Positions 37,598-51,574 of a stretch of DNA of 64,000 nucleotides are shown piece after piece. A program made the position numbers and the translations under genes. The DNA is taken from the NCBI RefSeq assembly GCF_009914755.1, contig NC_060933.1; one strand, written 5' to 3'. How positions within the stretch are numbered: the first letter of the stretch is position 1; each line of letters starts with the position of its first letter. The notes under the pieces were generated by a model. That model saw only the letters and a list, made by a program, of their open reading frames with translations. It was not told the DNA's origin and ran no database searches. This DNA is from the human T2T-CHM13v2.0 reference genome, Homo sapiens.

Positions 37598-39466
37598 TGT
37601 GTTGTCTTCCATCATCTTCCCCAATTCATCTCTGAGAAATGAACCCTATAAAATAGGGATAATTTTAAAATTATGGCTATGCAATGGGGTCAGAAATAAT
37701 ATAGAACACTAATCATCATAACATCAACAACAATAATATTGATGACATTTGCATTATACACTAATAGCTACAATATCTTGAGCAATTACTCTTTCCCAAG
37801 CAACATGCTAGGGTTTTGCATAAAGTATTTCATCTAATAATTGATGACACCTCAGATTGTCCTATGGCTCCTAATCCAGTTTCATTTTTGTTATGTATTT
37901 TTGTTGCTACCGCAAACCTTGAATAATGGAGAGGTAATTCTCTATCATCTATAAATGCTATTCTCTAATTTCTATCTTTTCATAGTTAGTGCGTAAATAT
38001 GCTTTAGAGAGTTTTTTTTTTTTTTTTAAGTGAGCAACAGTGTTATGTGAATATAACTGGCAGGCAACCTGCTCTAACATGTCCTGATAAAATAATGTCC
38101 CTTAAGTGTCTATCCACCTTGGGAATCAACTTCAGTTGCATTTGTTGGTTGGCATTCATCAATGTGGCCTACAAAGAGAATTGTCATGCTATGGTCCAGG
38201 CTGGATTGATGATTTTATTGCACAGTGTCTGGAACTTAGTAGATGTTCAACATGAATAAGTTATCTTGGTTCTTCTGGGTGTGGTCCTAAGGGACATGAG
38301 GTTGGCTGCAGGTTGCAATAAAAAATATTGTGTGTCCCCAGTTGTGTTTGCCTCAAGCATCTCTGCTCTGGGATGTCACTTCCTTCTATGAGACATTTAT
38401 TTCTATTTGCAAGAACTTTTCACTCTCTCTGTCTGTTACTGCTCAAAGGTCACCTGAAATGCAGAGCTTTTATTAGCTCCGGTGAAAGGATATGGTCTGC
38501 CCTGAATGCGCTCTGCCAGGTGCCTTTCTCATTTTCTTATTAGCAAGGAATGGATTCTCTCTTCGCTTACCTAGCCCTGCGGCTTTTCCTTTCTGTCTCT
38601 CTTCACACTTATTAATCCCCCTCCTGTCTTTTGCCCAAAGGAAAATGATGAAAGGGCCTATTTTCCTGCATGTTTCTTTTTTTTTAATTTGCTGAGGGGA
38701 CCAACTTACAGATGAGAATATAAACTCAAAAAGGGTTTTCCCCGTTGTTGAGATGACCACTGTCCTTCTTTCAGCATAGTACTAGTAAATTATCCTGAGA
38801 TGTGTGTGAGGGGTTATGCTTAACTACTGCCTTTCCTCTGTCATATGGATGGCACAGGGAAGGAATGATTATGATCACACAAATTAAGTGGAGGCAATGG
38901 AACAAGACTTATATTTGGCTTCTACTCCAAGAGCCAGATATTTCAAATGAAAAGAGATGGCCTTTTGGCTGACACGAAGCTCTCAGGATAAGAATTGTTT
39001 AACTTCTGGTTGGCTCCTCATTCATGGCCCAAGAGCAAGAGAAGTATATTTTTTCTGAGAATTTGAAAACTTCCCAAGCTATAAATGACACTCATTTGCA
39101 TTTCTTTTCAGCAGAGGAGGTGGACCATGGGCGAAGCCTCTGTTGATGAGGATTAAACTCACAAAACAGGATGAGTTAACGTAATTCTTAGAGTTGTGCC
39201 AACATTACCAGCTACTAATATGGAGTATCATTGGCACTAGGTTGCCAGTGGGCTTAGGAACCTTCTGGTCTGCATTCAGCTGACATTAGTTAATTACCTG
39301 CATAGCCATTCATGCTGTCAGGATTACTTTACAGCATTTTTAACAAAAAAAAAAAAAAAAAAAGAAGAGGAATACAAAGAGAAAAGAAATAAAATTCTGA
39401 TTTTGAAAAAAAAAATTCTTCTACATTCTTCTAAGCAATGGATGTTATGCTTAGAATCATACCTAG

Positions 39467-39814
39467 TGCTATAGACTGTGCCCCACCCCTGCCTCCCCCG
39501 ATTCATATGTTGAAATCCTAACCCTTAACATGATGGTATTAGGAGGTGAGATCTTTGTTAGGTGATTAGATCATGAGGGAGGAGCCCTCATGAATGGGAT
39601 TAGTGCTTCTATAAAAAAAGACCCTCCCACTCCCCTTCTGCCAAGTGAGAACCCACAAATACTGCTGTCTATAAGGAGGACCCTTAAAAGACACAAAATC
39701 TGCTATTTTCTTGATCTTGAACTTCCCAGCTTCCAGATGTGAGAAATAAATTTCTGCTGTTTGTGAGCCACAGTCTGTGGCACTTTGTTATAGCAGCCTA
39801 AACAGACTAATATA
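39467..39814 (+). mobile_element. MLT1A-type MaLR solo LTR
   Basis: tgctatagactg..attcatatgttgaaatcctaac..ggagccctcatgaatgggattagtgc..gagaaataaatttctg..gttatagcagcc. Confidence 0.88.
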
Positions 39815-40558
39815 TCTGGGTTACAGCAAATCATTTATATCAATGGTTTCTCTGAGCATGTCTGCCAAAAAAGGAAATGTCAAAATCCGTAAAATTGGGA
39901 GTGAAAACATAATATCCAAAGAGAAAATCAGGGTTTCAAATTATGAGATAATGAGCTGAAAATCAAAGTAAGATACAACACAGCTGGACATCAACTCCCT
40001 CAATTCAACAAATAAGTCAATTACCAAATTTTTGAATGTTGCAGGCATGAATTATTGCTCTTGTGAAAAATATGAAGGAGAATTGAGTTGCCCATAAGAC
40101 TGTTATGAATCAGTTGTCTAAAGTGGCACTAGACTATATAAAATTTCCTTGGAGTTGAAAGTCATGTCTTCTTTGAGTTATCACTGATACTGAGCATAGT
40201 TTATGAAAATGTCAGGAATGAATACTTATTTGTGAAATGAGGAATGTTATTGCTAAAACTGCAGTGTGATCTTAGAGGTATAGTACAAGAACTCTGAACC
40301 AGTGAGGGAAACATTGGCAAAAAAGAGACAAGATAAATGTGACGAGGATGCAGAAGTATGTAGAAACCACATTCTAGAAGAAACAAAGAAGTAGAGGCTT
40401 GTGTTTCTTGGCAAAGTAAAAATTTAGTAGGGGGAAGCTCCATGACAGTTGCACTTAGTTTTCTGAAGAGATTAAGACTATTTATTTTATTTCTAGAGAA
40501 TAAATTATTTTCATCAGAGGCAAATTTTACTTAGATATAAGGAAGAATTTTAAAATAT

Positions 40559-41025
40559 GTATGGCAGAAGCTGTCAGTTGTCCTCCAATATCCATTTTAT
40601 CTTTTTTTTTTTTTTCATTGTAGTAGAATCTTTGATTTTTTTGACAGGCCTAGACTAAAGACTTCCTCTTATTCATGTGTGACTGGAATGTGACTGAGTT
40701 CTGGTCAACTGCAAATAAGCAGTCATGATGCGTGCAACTTGCAGTTGGACTCTCAAAAGGAAGAGTGTACCTACCTCCCTACTTCTTCTCCTTTTTGCCA
40801 GTGAGAATGTAGACTCGTTATGATTAGAGCTAAGAAAGCCACCTTGAACCATGAGATGCAGGCTGCATTTTGAAAACAGTGGAGCAAAAGACAGATATAA
40901 CTAGGGTCTCTAATATTTGTAGAGCTGCCATATCAAACTTGGACCTCCTACTCAGAAAAACAAACCACTATATAATTAAAACCACTATTATTTTGGGTCT
41001 TCCTTTGACAGCAGAAGCAGCAACA
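40559..41025 (+). mobile_element. MLT1I/J-like solo LTR
   Basis: ggcagaagctgtcagttgtcc..tgtgactgagttctggtcaa..gccaccttgaaccatgag..ttaaaaccactattattttggg. Confidence 0.65.
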
Positions 41026-42554
41026 CTTTATTTGTCCATTCTTTCCAAAAAGTAGTTTGGAAGGTAGAGACCTCCTATTAGCAGGAGGAGTTCAAACAGA
41101 ACTACTATGGAGGAAAGTATCTAATTCAATAGGTGATCAGACATGATACCCTGTATAATTCCTGTCATCTTGGATATGGGGCTTTTGGAGGACACTGGTA
41201 AAGCTTACGTCAGTCCAGCACATGTTAGAACATACTTCTTTTATGATTTAAATTGCAATAAAAGACAGAAAACCATGTTATGTGAAGATTAGATAAAGAG
41301 GACATATAACTCTGAGAAAGATAAGTGTTAGCAGGTTGGTGTGGGTTGGCATGTGGGAGCTATCTTCACTTAGCTGGTAGGGTGTAGGTTCAAGAAGCAA
41401 ATTCTTCTTTTGGTCTCCGGAGGACAGTATTTAGATAAGTGAATGAAAACATCAGGATTACTGTTGGAACCATGACTGCCTGAGCAGGCTTCTTTTCATC
41501 TAGCATGAATATCAACCAAGACTTGGACTTTTTACATTAAATATCATTTTGTTGGTTTGAATTCAATTTAATGTGGTCCTTTGGACTTCTTGTAATGATA
41601 TATGATCTGGCAAAAGTTTTACCAAAACCCAGGTATGACCTATTCTTTCTGCTTATTAAAGCTAAGAATTAATGAAGTGCCATTTTTTTTGAGGGAAATG
41701 CCAAAGATTGCTATGAATTAATCTTAAGTGAATAATCTTCATCTCTCCTGTTGAGGGCTCTGATATAGAGTTTTATGTGTAATATCTCCATGGGTTTAGT
41801 AGATTTCACATCCTGGAAAATCTGAGAGTAATCCTTATTCCAATCATATCTTAGTCATATATCTTTCAAGCATGACATACAAAGAATTATAGTAATGAAC
41901 TTTGTCAACCAAATGAAAAAAATCTAACATTAACACAGTGATTGGAATAAGGAACTGGCAGATCCTCATGTTCCTCTTTGCAGCTGTATTTCTGGTCTTA
42001 ATGTGGAGCTCAAACTGTGGGAAAGTCTTCCTCTTGAGTGCCCTTTTGTTACTGCTACTTTGTGATATAAACCCATATGATGGATTTTCTTGTCCCTCCT
42101 CTAGCTCTGTAAGCCATGCAGTCGGTTGGCATGACTCCAATTTCCACAGACCCACATTTTATTAGGTGCAACCTTCCAGAATAGTTCGAGGAGAAGTAAA
42201 ACTGTATGTCTCTTTCACTCTCACCATCAGTTTTGCCTACCCTTTCTAAATGTATATCTGTATCTCTTAAGGATCACTTCTGGTTTCCTTTGCAAGTTTA
42301 TTCTTCTTCTACAAGCCAACGTTTTGTTTAACTATTCATTCACCCAGCAAACATTTACTGAGCACCATTTCCAATACACATATTCTGCCATGCACTTAGA
42401 ATACAGATATGAATATGACCCATTTATTCATTCAACAAATGCTTATTATGCTAGGCGGCATGTATACAATAGTAAGCAAGATAGATTCTCAAAGACCTTT
42501 AAGCTAGTGGGGAAGTTTTAACCCAAGGGAGGAATACCGACGCATCAAATAGTT

Positions 42555-42775
42555 GTTAGCATTTATGGAAACGTTACTTAGTCCCAGTTACTGTTATAAG
42601 TACTTTACGTGCATTGTTTCATGAAATCATCACATGAACTAACCAGGCAGGTAGCTTCTGTGTCCTCAGTTTACAAAGGAAGGAACTGAGGATCACAAAG
42701 ATGAGTAATATGCCCAAGGTGACACAGCCATTACATGGTGGAGCTGATTGTATTGACTCTAGACCCTGCATTATT
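42555..42775 (-). mobile_element. MIR
   Basis: Core cagtttacaaaggaaggaactgagg..tgcccaaggtgacacagc. Confidence 0.75.
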
Positions 42776-42999
42776 ACCTGCCAGTGGATATGGGAATAGA
42801 CTGCCCATGTAGGGAAGAGTATTTTATCACTAAGATTGTTTAGAATTGCAGGTACATGAAACTTTCAGTCTGTTTTTATTTTTTTTCACATTCTTCATAA
42901 ACAATGCATCCTTTATTGTCTGCACCCAGGGCAGACCATGCCTACTACTCCTCTTGGTCCTTCACCTGCTCCTGACCATATATGCTGCTGCTTCCTGAG

Positions 43000-43450
43000 A
43001 TCGCTGTAACACATGGGGGAGAAATGTCAGCTATGGGAGCCTGAATGAAATTAATTAACCCAGAGGGTTAGAAGAAGTTGGAGGAGTTAAGCTAAACCTT
43101 AAATGGTTAGTAGAAGTTTTCTAAGCAATGTGGGTGAGAGGTCAGGGGTTCAGGAAAGGGCACTCCAGGCAGAAGGAACTGCTTGAACAAAGGCTTGGAG
43201 ACAAAAACAATACGTGCAGAAACTGACAAATAGTTTGGTGGTACCGGATCCAAAAGTCAGAGACAAAAGTTGCCTGTGGGAAGTAAGCAGGGGCCAGATT
43301 GCAGATAGGCATCCATGGAAGGTTAAGAAGCTTCAGCATCATCTGAGTGCAGTAGGGTCGCTGAGAGGATCTAAACAGGAGTGATCCAATCAGATTGGAG
43401 TTTTAGCAAACTACATTGGAGGATGGATTTCAGGGAGGCAAGACAGAGAT
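43000..43450 (-). mobile_element. L2 fragment
   Basis: ccaggcagaaggaactgcttgaacaaaggcttggag..ggggccagatt..taaacaggagtga. Confidence 0.6.
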
Positions 43451-44379
43451 GTTTTCTTCTCCAGCTTCTGTTTCTGAATCCCATACCTCTCCAAATATCT
43501 TCCTGTATCATCATCAGGGAACAGCTAAGATGGGAAAGTCAGAAACTATTTGGATAGCAGATTGGGAATCCTCTTCAAAAATGCAACAGCACTGGCCAAG
43601 GAGCTTTTGCTTAGAGCATATGACCCGGGACAGTCATGGTTAATCTGAGGAAGGCTGCACATCTGAATAAAAGCATCTCTGTGAGCTAACTGTGTCAGCT
43701 TCTCACTCCAGCCGATAACAAATTACTCCAACTCTGGCAGAGGTGCACTTGCTGGCTATTTCATGTGGTAACACTGGATTTGCAACATGAAACACTAGTG
43801 TTAGCTAAGGGTATAGCTAGCAATTTCAAATTGGTACACACAGCAGTCAATCTATTGCTCCCCATCCCCATCGTCCCCCAAAGTAGGCTTGCCATTAAAC
43901 ACAGTGTGAGATCCTGCCTAGTGGGGATGCTTCTACCCACAGCCAGCTGCATACCCTCCACCATCTCCCCCTTCCTCTCTCTCTCTCTCTCTGCTTCTAT
44001 GTCTCTCTCTTACAGACACAAGAGAAATAATACAAATTGGCATTTGAATGGCACTTTTGAGTTACTTTTTGTTGAGCCTCTTGCTTTTTCACCTCTTCAG
44101 AGTACATAGGAGGGGAGGAAAGAAGACAAGGAGAGAGAAAGGAAGGAAGGGAGGGAGGTAGTAAAGGAAGACACATTTTCTGTACCCAAAAGGACAATTT
44201 ATGGGGACTAGTGAGGGAGAAACTGAGAAGTCAGCCAACTTCACATCAGAAAGCACTTACAGAACTCCTATGCTAGGCTCAAAGACGATTAAGGCAGGCT
44301 TTCTAACCTCAAGTTGCCCTAGTGTGGGTGTGGAGACACATGCAGCATGCAAAGTGACAAAGGCATTTGATTAGTACAG

Positions 44380-44900
44380 AAGCAGCCCCAAGGAGGGACT
44401 AGAAGAGAAAGAGGATCTTAAAAAGGGGGTAACTTGGCTGGGAAGTTTTCAGCACATACACAAGGGAGGAGAAAACATTCTAATCACAGATGGCATCATG
44501 AGCAGAGATACAGAGGTAGGAGACAGCTTTGCATAATACCAGAATCAGAAGTCATCCAGTGGCGGAACAGAAATTGTGAGATGTAGAAAGGGAACAGTAT
44601 GAGATGAGACCCAAGAGTTGGTCACATGGCAGAGTAGAGGGGCCTGGGAACATGGTGCCAGAACAGAATCCATGGGCTTTTTCCTAATGAAAAGAGGGAG
44701 CTAGTGAGGGTTTTTAGTGGGGAAGAGACATCATCAGATCCATGTCACTAAAATATTCTTTCTATGGCAGCGTGGGGGATAGGTTGTAGAATGGAAGGAG
44801 CAGATAGGGAGATATAAGAGAGTGTCTATGGAAAACGTGATGACCCTGAATTTCAGTGTTGTTAGTGGAGATAGATAAAAGGGTTGAGTTTAAGGAATAG
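44380..44900 (-). mobile_element. L2 fragment
   Basis: Purine-rich L2-like phrases (acattctaa..atgagcagagatacagagg; gagggtttttagtggggaagagacatcatcagat). Confidence 0.5.
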
Positions 44901-44952
44901 ATAGTTGATGACTATAATGGGTAATTATATTTATACCTGTCAGTTCTCCACT

Positions 44953-45311
44953 TGCTATGGTCTGAATGTGTCTCTTCAAAATCCATGTGTTGAAACCAAA
45001 TCCACAATGCAATAATCTTAAGAGATGGGGACTTTAGGAAATGATTAGACTATGAGGGCGGAGCTCTCGTGAATGGAATTAGTTCCTTTATTAAAGAAAA
45101 AAAAAAAGGCCCAAGGAAGCTCATTTGCTCCTTCCACCATCTGAGGACACAGCTAGAAGGCACCATCTATGAAGCAGAGAGTGACCCTTCATCAGACACT
45201 GAAGCTTCTTGATCTTAGACTTGCCAGCCTCCAGAACTGTAATACATTTCTGTAGTTTATAAGTTACCCAGTCCAAGGTATTTTGTGACAGTAGGCTGAA
45301 AAAATTAAGGC
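44953..45311 (+). mobile_element. MLT1A/MST-type MaLR solo LTR
   Basis: tgctatggtctgaatgtg..gagggcggagctctcgtgaatgg..tgaggacacagctagaaggcaccatctatgaa..cagcctccagaactgt. Confidence 0.85.
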
Positions 45312-46449
45312 TGTGAAACTATGTTTTACAAATTATGAATATTAAACCAGTTCTATGTTTTTCTGTCTTCCTTTTATTTTTCATATAAGGTAGCAGCTGC
45401 AGCATTGTGGTTAATTCTGCCAACTCTGGGATCGCACAACCTGAATGCAGATCTCACCTCCACTGCATACTGGCTGTAGGTCCTTTGCATAAGAAATATA
45501 ATTTCTTATTACCTTGTTTATAAAATGAAGGCATATATAATGATGTTACTCATTTCACTGGATAGTCTATGCACAAAGAGAAGCAAAATTGTGACGTGAT
45601 TTTAATTTTAGTTGCTGGAGACAGATTGCTTGGGTTTGTATTTCTGTCTTACCATCTTCTACCTGTGTGACTTTGAGCAAGTCACTTAACATTTACCACA
45701 GGTTTTAGAAAGGCAATCATTTCTTAAGCAAATGGTTAAATGTCCTATTTTTATGATATTTTTCAACTGTCATCTTTGAGTAGCTGTAGTTTCAGGTTCT
45801 GAGTCAAGAGAATCCATTATTAAAATTATAATTGCTTTCATTTGCATATCACTTTACAGTTTAGTAATTTCCTCGTTGTCACTGGCCAGTCCTTTTGAGA
45901 TTTTCTGTGGAGTCACCAATGGAATAGTGGTAACTAAAATATTTCAGCAGCTAGAACTGACAAATTGATGGTCAATGTTTATCTTGTACCTCCTTCCTAT
46001 AAGCACATGTTATAGAGACAGCTATTACACAGTAGAAATTACTTGGAAAGAAGAGTTCAATGACCTGGGTTTAAATCTTAATCCTGTCATTTATCAGTGA
46101 GGTGGCTTGGTAAATTGCTTAAAATCTTTTGACCCTATAGAGTTTCATGTATAAGCATCATTATTGAAAATGCATATACAGATGGATCAACTGGAGCTTT
46201 GGAGGTCAGGGAAAATCCAGAAAAAAGGAAGAGAAGGAAAGATTCTCTGGAAAAGAAAAATAGTCCTATAATATCTGATTAATTTTTCAAGTTACTCTCT
46301 GTATATGCAACTCAGGGACTAGGAATTCTCTGATGTTGGCCACTTCTGTATCCTTAATTTTTAAAAAGCTAATAAGGGCTCAGGAAGTCTTCTCCAAGGT
46401 AGTATCCAATAACACTTCCTCCTTTCCCCCTTTCAGGGTGCAAAGGAAT

Positions 46450-46650
46450 CTAGTGAAAGCATGTTAATTTTGGAGTCACTAAATCTGAGTTCAAGTTCCA
46501 GCTCTGCTCCATTCTAATTATGTGATCTTGAGTAAGTTAAGTAACCTCAGAGGTTCCAGCTTCTTCATGTGTCGTAAAGTCATTGAAAGGCTTCATAAAT
46601 GAATGTGGACCTCCCCACACAGATCTTGGCATATAGCAAAGGCTCAATGT
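46450..46650 (+). mobile_element. MIR
   Basis: tttggagtca..ctgagttcaagttccagctctgc..tgtgatcttgagtaagtta. Confidence 0.7.
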
Positions 46651-47786
46651 CCCTTTTGTTCTGTATTTCCTTTCTTCTTTCCTTCCATCAATTGGTCTTT
46701 CCTTCCTCTCACCCTCCTTTCTGCTGGCTCCCCTGACCCTCTGCTCCTTTGACTAAGTGGATTCAGTTCTGGAGACAGAATGGCTTATGGTTCATTTCAG
46801 GACACAGATATTTTGAGCTGTTTGTTTTCCAGCTTACAGTCATGTTTTCCAATTCAGGTTACGTTTCCTGCTGGAAAACTGGGCCCTCACAAGAGCTTTT
46901 GGCAGTCACAGACTGATTTGGTTGAGAACTATCCCTTCCTTGGCAGGCAGTTGAGGAGAGCCACTCTGTGTGTGCGGGTGGTAATTCACACTCCTTCTCC
47001 GAGGTTGGACTGCTCCCCAAAGCCACTACCCACACAGCTCCATCTCCCTTGATATAGAGACACCCTTTTCCAGCTTAATGGTTATATGCTTCCTTGGAAG
47101 TAGAATGCAGAAGGACTGAAATAGATAAAGCTTAGCTTTGCTCATCTTCTTTGTCAGAAGCTGGGTATGAACTATTGGGCTTTAAAGACCCTGGAAAGGA
47201 GATGGTGGGGAGAAAAGCCTCAGCCATTCCTGTAATTCTGTGGAAATTGATGCTCATTTACTGGGACATCCCGTGGTTCCTAGACCTTGCCTCTTATTAG
47301 TCTCTGCTGGCTTTGATACTTGATACTGGATTTATCTGAAACTTGGGTGGTCATACTTGGTACTGCCTACACTTTATGTCCCTTCCTAGTCTTGTTTCCC
47401 AGTGCTAATTACCGTCTCTTGCCTTCCAGTCCAGAAGAGCTTGCTAGTGTTTTATCTTAGCCTTTTTTTTTTTTTTTTTTTTAGTCTTCCCTTTAATGTT
47501 TCCATCTTGAGCCTAATTTAACATGTCTGAAAACAAACACAGTAACTGTATCCCAGCTTTTCCTGTCCTCCTCAGTTCAGGGAACACCATCATTAGCCCA
47601 GGAGTATAAGCTGGAGACCTGGGGATTATTTTAGATTCTTCCATGTTTCTTTCTGTCCTCAGTCATCTAGAACTGGCCAGTTCCTAAATATCTCTTGAAT
47701 TTTTTTCTTCCTAATCTCAATTTCCCAATTCCACTACTCAGGTATAGACTTTATTATTTCTCATTTTTATTATTGCAAAATCCTTC

Positions 47787-48318
47787 TGTGATTTTTAATC
47801 TTATATATCAACTTGGCTGGCCAAGGGATACCCAGATAGCTGGTAAAACATTATTTCTAGGTGTGTCTGTAAGATTATTTTCAGAAGAAATTAGCATTTG
47901 AATCAGTTAGCTAAGTAAAGAAGATCTGACCTCACTGACATGGGCAGGTATCATCTAATTTGTTGAGGACCTGAATAGAACAGAAAGGTGGGAGAAGGGC
48001 TAATTTTTTCTCTCTTTTTCTCCCTCTCTCTTGGCTTGAGCTAATACATCCATCTTCTCTTAACCTTGGACATTGGAGCTTCTGGTTCTTAGACCTTTAA
48101 CCTTGGACTGAAACTTATACCATTGGTTCTTCTGGTTCTCAGGACTTTCGACTTGGTCTAAGTTTCACCGCTAGCTTTCTTGGTTTTCCAGCTTGCAGAT
48201 GGCATATCATGGGATTCCTTGGCCTCCATATTTATGTGAGCCAGTTCCCATAGTAAATCTCCTCCTATATATCTTTATATAGCCTGTTGGTTCTGTTTCT
48301 CTGGAGAACCCTAATTCA
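47787..48318 (+). mobile_element. MLT2 (ERVL) solo LTR
   Basis: tgtga..tcaacttggctgg..cccagatagctggtaaaacattatttct..ttggttctgtttctctggagaaccctaa; TG..CA ends. Confidence 0.88.
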
Positions 48319-49659
48319 TTTCCCTCCTTCTTTTTTTGCATAGTTTCTAATCCAGTGTATTTGAAACCCAAATCTGATTATGTATCTTTATTACCTAAAA
48401 TCTCTGTCACTTCCACAATCATTAACCATGAGATTAAATTGAAATGCAGGAAATAAGTTCATTGTCTACTTCTTCCTATCTTGCACTTTGGCTTCAATAT
48501 ACTGAGTTCCAGAAAACCCTGGGAAATGTTATGACTCCTGTACCATTGATCTTGTAATTTCTTCTACCTACAAAGTCCTCTGCCACATATTCTGCCTTTT
48601 TCATTCATTCATTCAAGAAATTATCAGTTCCAAAACCTAGTGAAAGAAATCCTTTTGTTTAAAACAGAGTTCGAAAACACTAAACTCAGTATTCCCTAAA
48701 GTACTTTCTAGCTTGAAAATCCATGATTCTGTGAAATCTTGCATTTCATATTCAGAGTCACCTTCTTTCTCTCATCCTTTTTTTTTTTCTTTTTTGGATG
48801 TCAGAAAAATATCTGCCTTAGAAACTGTGCTGTGGGCTGACAATGCCCTTTAATGGAAGTTAGAAATTGAAGATCAAATGCACAGAAGTATCACCAGCAC
48901 TGTTTGTAGAAATGAGACTCAGAGCAGAAATGGTGAGGAAAAAAATGCCCCATTTCTGGTAGAAAGAAAATGTAAGGCCTGAGATCTCATGGGACTTGAC
49001 ATTTCCATCTATCATGGCCGGCAAGCATGGAAGGGAAATGACTTGGTTGAATGTAAATCCTCTGGATCTAGTTAACCGTTTGGAAATCATGAATAACAAT
49101 CACCTTCTCCATTAAGATCCAATTCTTGTCACTAACCATAACAAATACATGTCATATTGTCTGTGCATCAATGTTTCAAGATTCTTCAGTAACAATCCCC
49201 TGGGATATATATGCATGTACAAGCTCATGTGCACAACACACACACACATGAACTTATATACCTCTTTATCTTCTAAAATACAAACTAAGGTTGACTGATA
49301 ATTAGATAGAGAAGCTGTGTTGCTGTCTTTCCCAGAGAGGGTTTAGACATCTGGGTCCTGCAAATTTCTTTGCCTTCTTGTTTCATTATCTATGCTCCTC
49401 GTGCTTTGCCATGCTCCCACATTTACCAGGCTGGCTCCTGCAGCTCCCTCTCCCAATACCAGCTCCACAGTCTCCCTTGTTCTGATATACAGTCTGGCTT
49501 CCCACCTTGTTGTCCTGGCACACTCACTTGGACTTACTCACCCTTTGATTCAATTTGCTTCCAAATGTTCTAGGAAACCCATCTCTCCAATTTCCATTTC
49601 AAGTCCCCTGTCTGGGGAATCCACCTCAGCAATAGCTGCTGGCCTTGTCATAGCCCAGC

Positions 49660-50292
49660 TGGGCCAGATATTAAGCTACTGTCTTCTGGCTTCCAACCCA
49701 CTATTCTGCACTCAAGATTTGTGATGCTGGGACCGGGAGCCTGTAACTTCATTTCTGCTTTGCCACCTGGCTCTATGATAGGTTCTGTTAATAAGGAACA
49801 CCAGAGGGAAACTGCAAGCCAGGAGAAGGAAGAATGGACTTTCTCCTTCCTGTCTGCTTCTCATATGCTTTTGATGAATCACCCCAGGCTCCCTTCTTAA
49901 CCCAAGCAGCAGCTGTTTGCTTCTGCTACAGTAGAGGAATTGATTTTTTTTCAATGCTCAACGAATCAGCCCATAGCACCTTCCTTAGAGACACAAGCAC
50001 AGCCCAGGAGAGGGCACCCCCAGTCTCAGAGATCTGAGGGTCTGTGGGACCTATTCCATTCTTTGGATCTTCCTTCATTCATGGGACCCTCATTCACCTT
50101 TCTAAATTTTAATAACTTCAGCCTTTTTTCTTTGTTCCCCCAGATAGTAGCTCTTCCAATACTATCTCTGTGATACCTTAGTATATCTTTTTTGCCTTTT
50201 TAGATATCTAGTTAACAATTCTTTATACCTAGATAACAAATTTTGTGTTAAATTCTGTTAAAATAACTGGTGTAATTTCTTCCAGTGAGACA
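49660..50292 (+). mobile_element. LTR33-like ERVL solo LTR
   Basis: tgggccagata..tttgtgatgctggg..catttctgctttgcca..aaataactggtgt; TG..CA termini; perfect 5-bp TSD ccagc (49655-49659 / 50293-50297). Confidence 0.8.
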
Positions 50293-50784
50293 CCAGCCAT
50301 GGAGGTGATTTGCAGAGGGATTCTCTTAAAACTCCAAACTTATCCACACATTTGCTGACTTTGTTGATATCAATCCCTCCCTCAAACGCTTTAGGGGAGT
50401 TGTGAACACTAATGCTGGAATCTCAAGTATTGGGCTGGGTCACTTGCCTATCCATTTGGGTAACTAAGGGAGCAACAACATTGTCCAATCTGTTTTGTAC
50501 CCCACTGGGTCATGGCAGTGCCACCCTGAGTTCAGGCATGACTGTTGGTAGAGACTGGGCTTGGCACAGGAACCTTATAAGAAATGCTCACCAGGCACTG
50601 TGGTCAGCAGAGTGGACACTGGGTGTCTCGTAAGCAAGAGATGTTAGCTCTTCCTTTCTCTATATCAGCACTGATGGTACCTATCTTTGCAAGATGGGAG
50701 AGAGAGCTTGTGTTCACAGATGCTTGGTTTTCTCCTGTTTTAGCACATGGCTGGTTTGTACTTTTATACCCACCTTGAAATTAT

Positions 50785-51512
50785 CTGTGGTCATAGAATT
50801 TTGCTTTTGTCAGTGATATGTGAATGGAAATGATATGTGGCAATTCTGGGTGGAAGCTTTAATGTGCAGTGTGAAAGTTGGTATGTTCATCTGTTTTTTT
50901 TTCCTTCCTCACTCCCCCTCCGTTCCTCCTCCTCCTCCTTTCTCTTTCCTTCTCCTCCTTCCTCTTTTCTCCTCCTCCTTCCTCTTTCCTCCTCCTCCTT
51001 CCTCCTCCTCCTTTCTCCTCCTTCTTCCTTCTCCTTTCTCCTCCTTCTTCCTCCTCCTCATTCCTCCTTCTTCCTCCTCTTTCTTCCTTCTCCTTCTTCC
51101 TCCTCCTTTTTCCTCCTCCTTTTTCCTCCTCCTTCTTCCTCCTCTTTCTTCCTCCTCCTCCTTCTCCTTCTTCCTCCTCCTTTTTCTTCCTCCTTCTTCT
51201 TCCCTCTTCCTCCTCCTCCTTCTTCTTCCCTCTTCCTCCTCCTCCTCCTTCTTCTTCCCCTTTCTTCTTCCTTTTCCTCTCCTTCTTCCTCTTCCTCTTC
51301 TCCTTCCTCTTCCCCTCTCCTTCTTCCATCTTCTTCTTTCTTTTGACTGTTTTAAAGGATCTGTTGATTTTGAGTCTCTGAGGGTCTATGGTAAACTGAT
51401 TTCTTATTTTGTCTTCTGACACTGCTCTAGACATGTAGCCAATTGAGAAACAGATCTTTATTATATTAAGCCATGGAGGGCTGAAGGATACTGTTACCAT
51501 ACATGGTCCTAG
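50785..51512 (+). mobile_element. Old MLT1 LTR interrupted by a pyrimidine tract
   Basis: gatatgtggcaattctgggtggaagctttaa ... gacatgtagc..tgagaaa..ttaagcca..tgttacca. Confidence 0.55.
50895..51344. repeat. (CCT/CTT)n polypyrimidine-polypurine tract
   Basis: Only two purines on + between 50923 and 51344. Confidence 0.97.
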
Positions 51513-51574
51513 CAGGAGAAAAATGCATTAGAAATATAGGAAGCTGAAGTGAAAAGTTCATCCTGGTGAGGGGT

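Noticed and set aside
50820-51500. 167-213 aa Pro/Ser/Leu/Phe-rich or Glu/Lys/Arg/Gly-rich ORFs
   Set aside because: A purine-free or pyrimidine-free tract cannot contain stop codons, so these are low-complexity artefacts.
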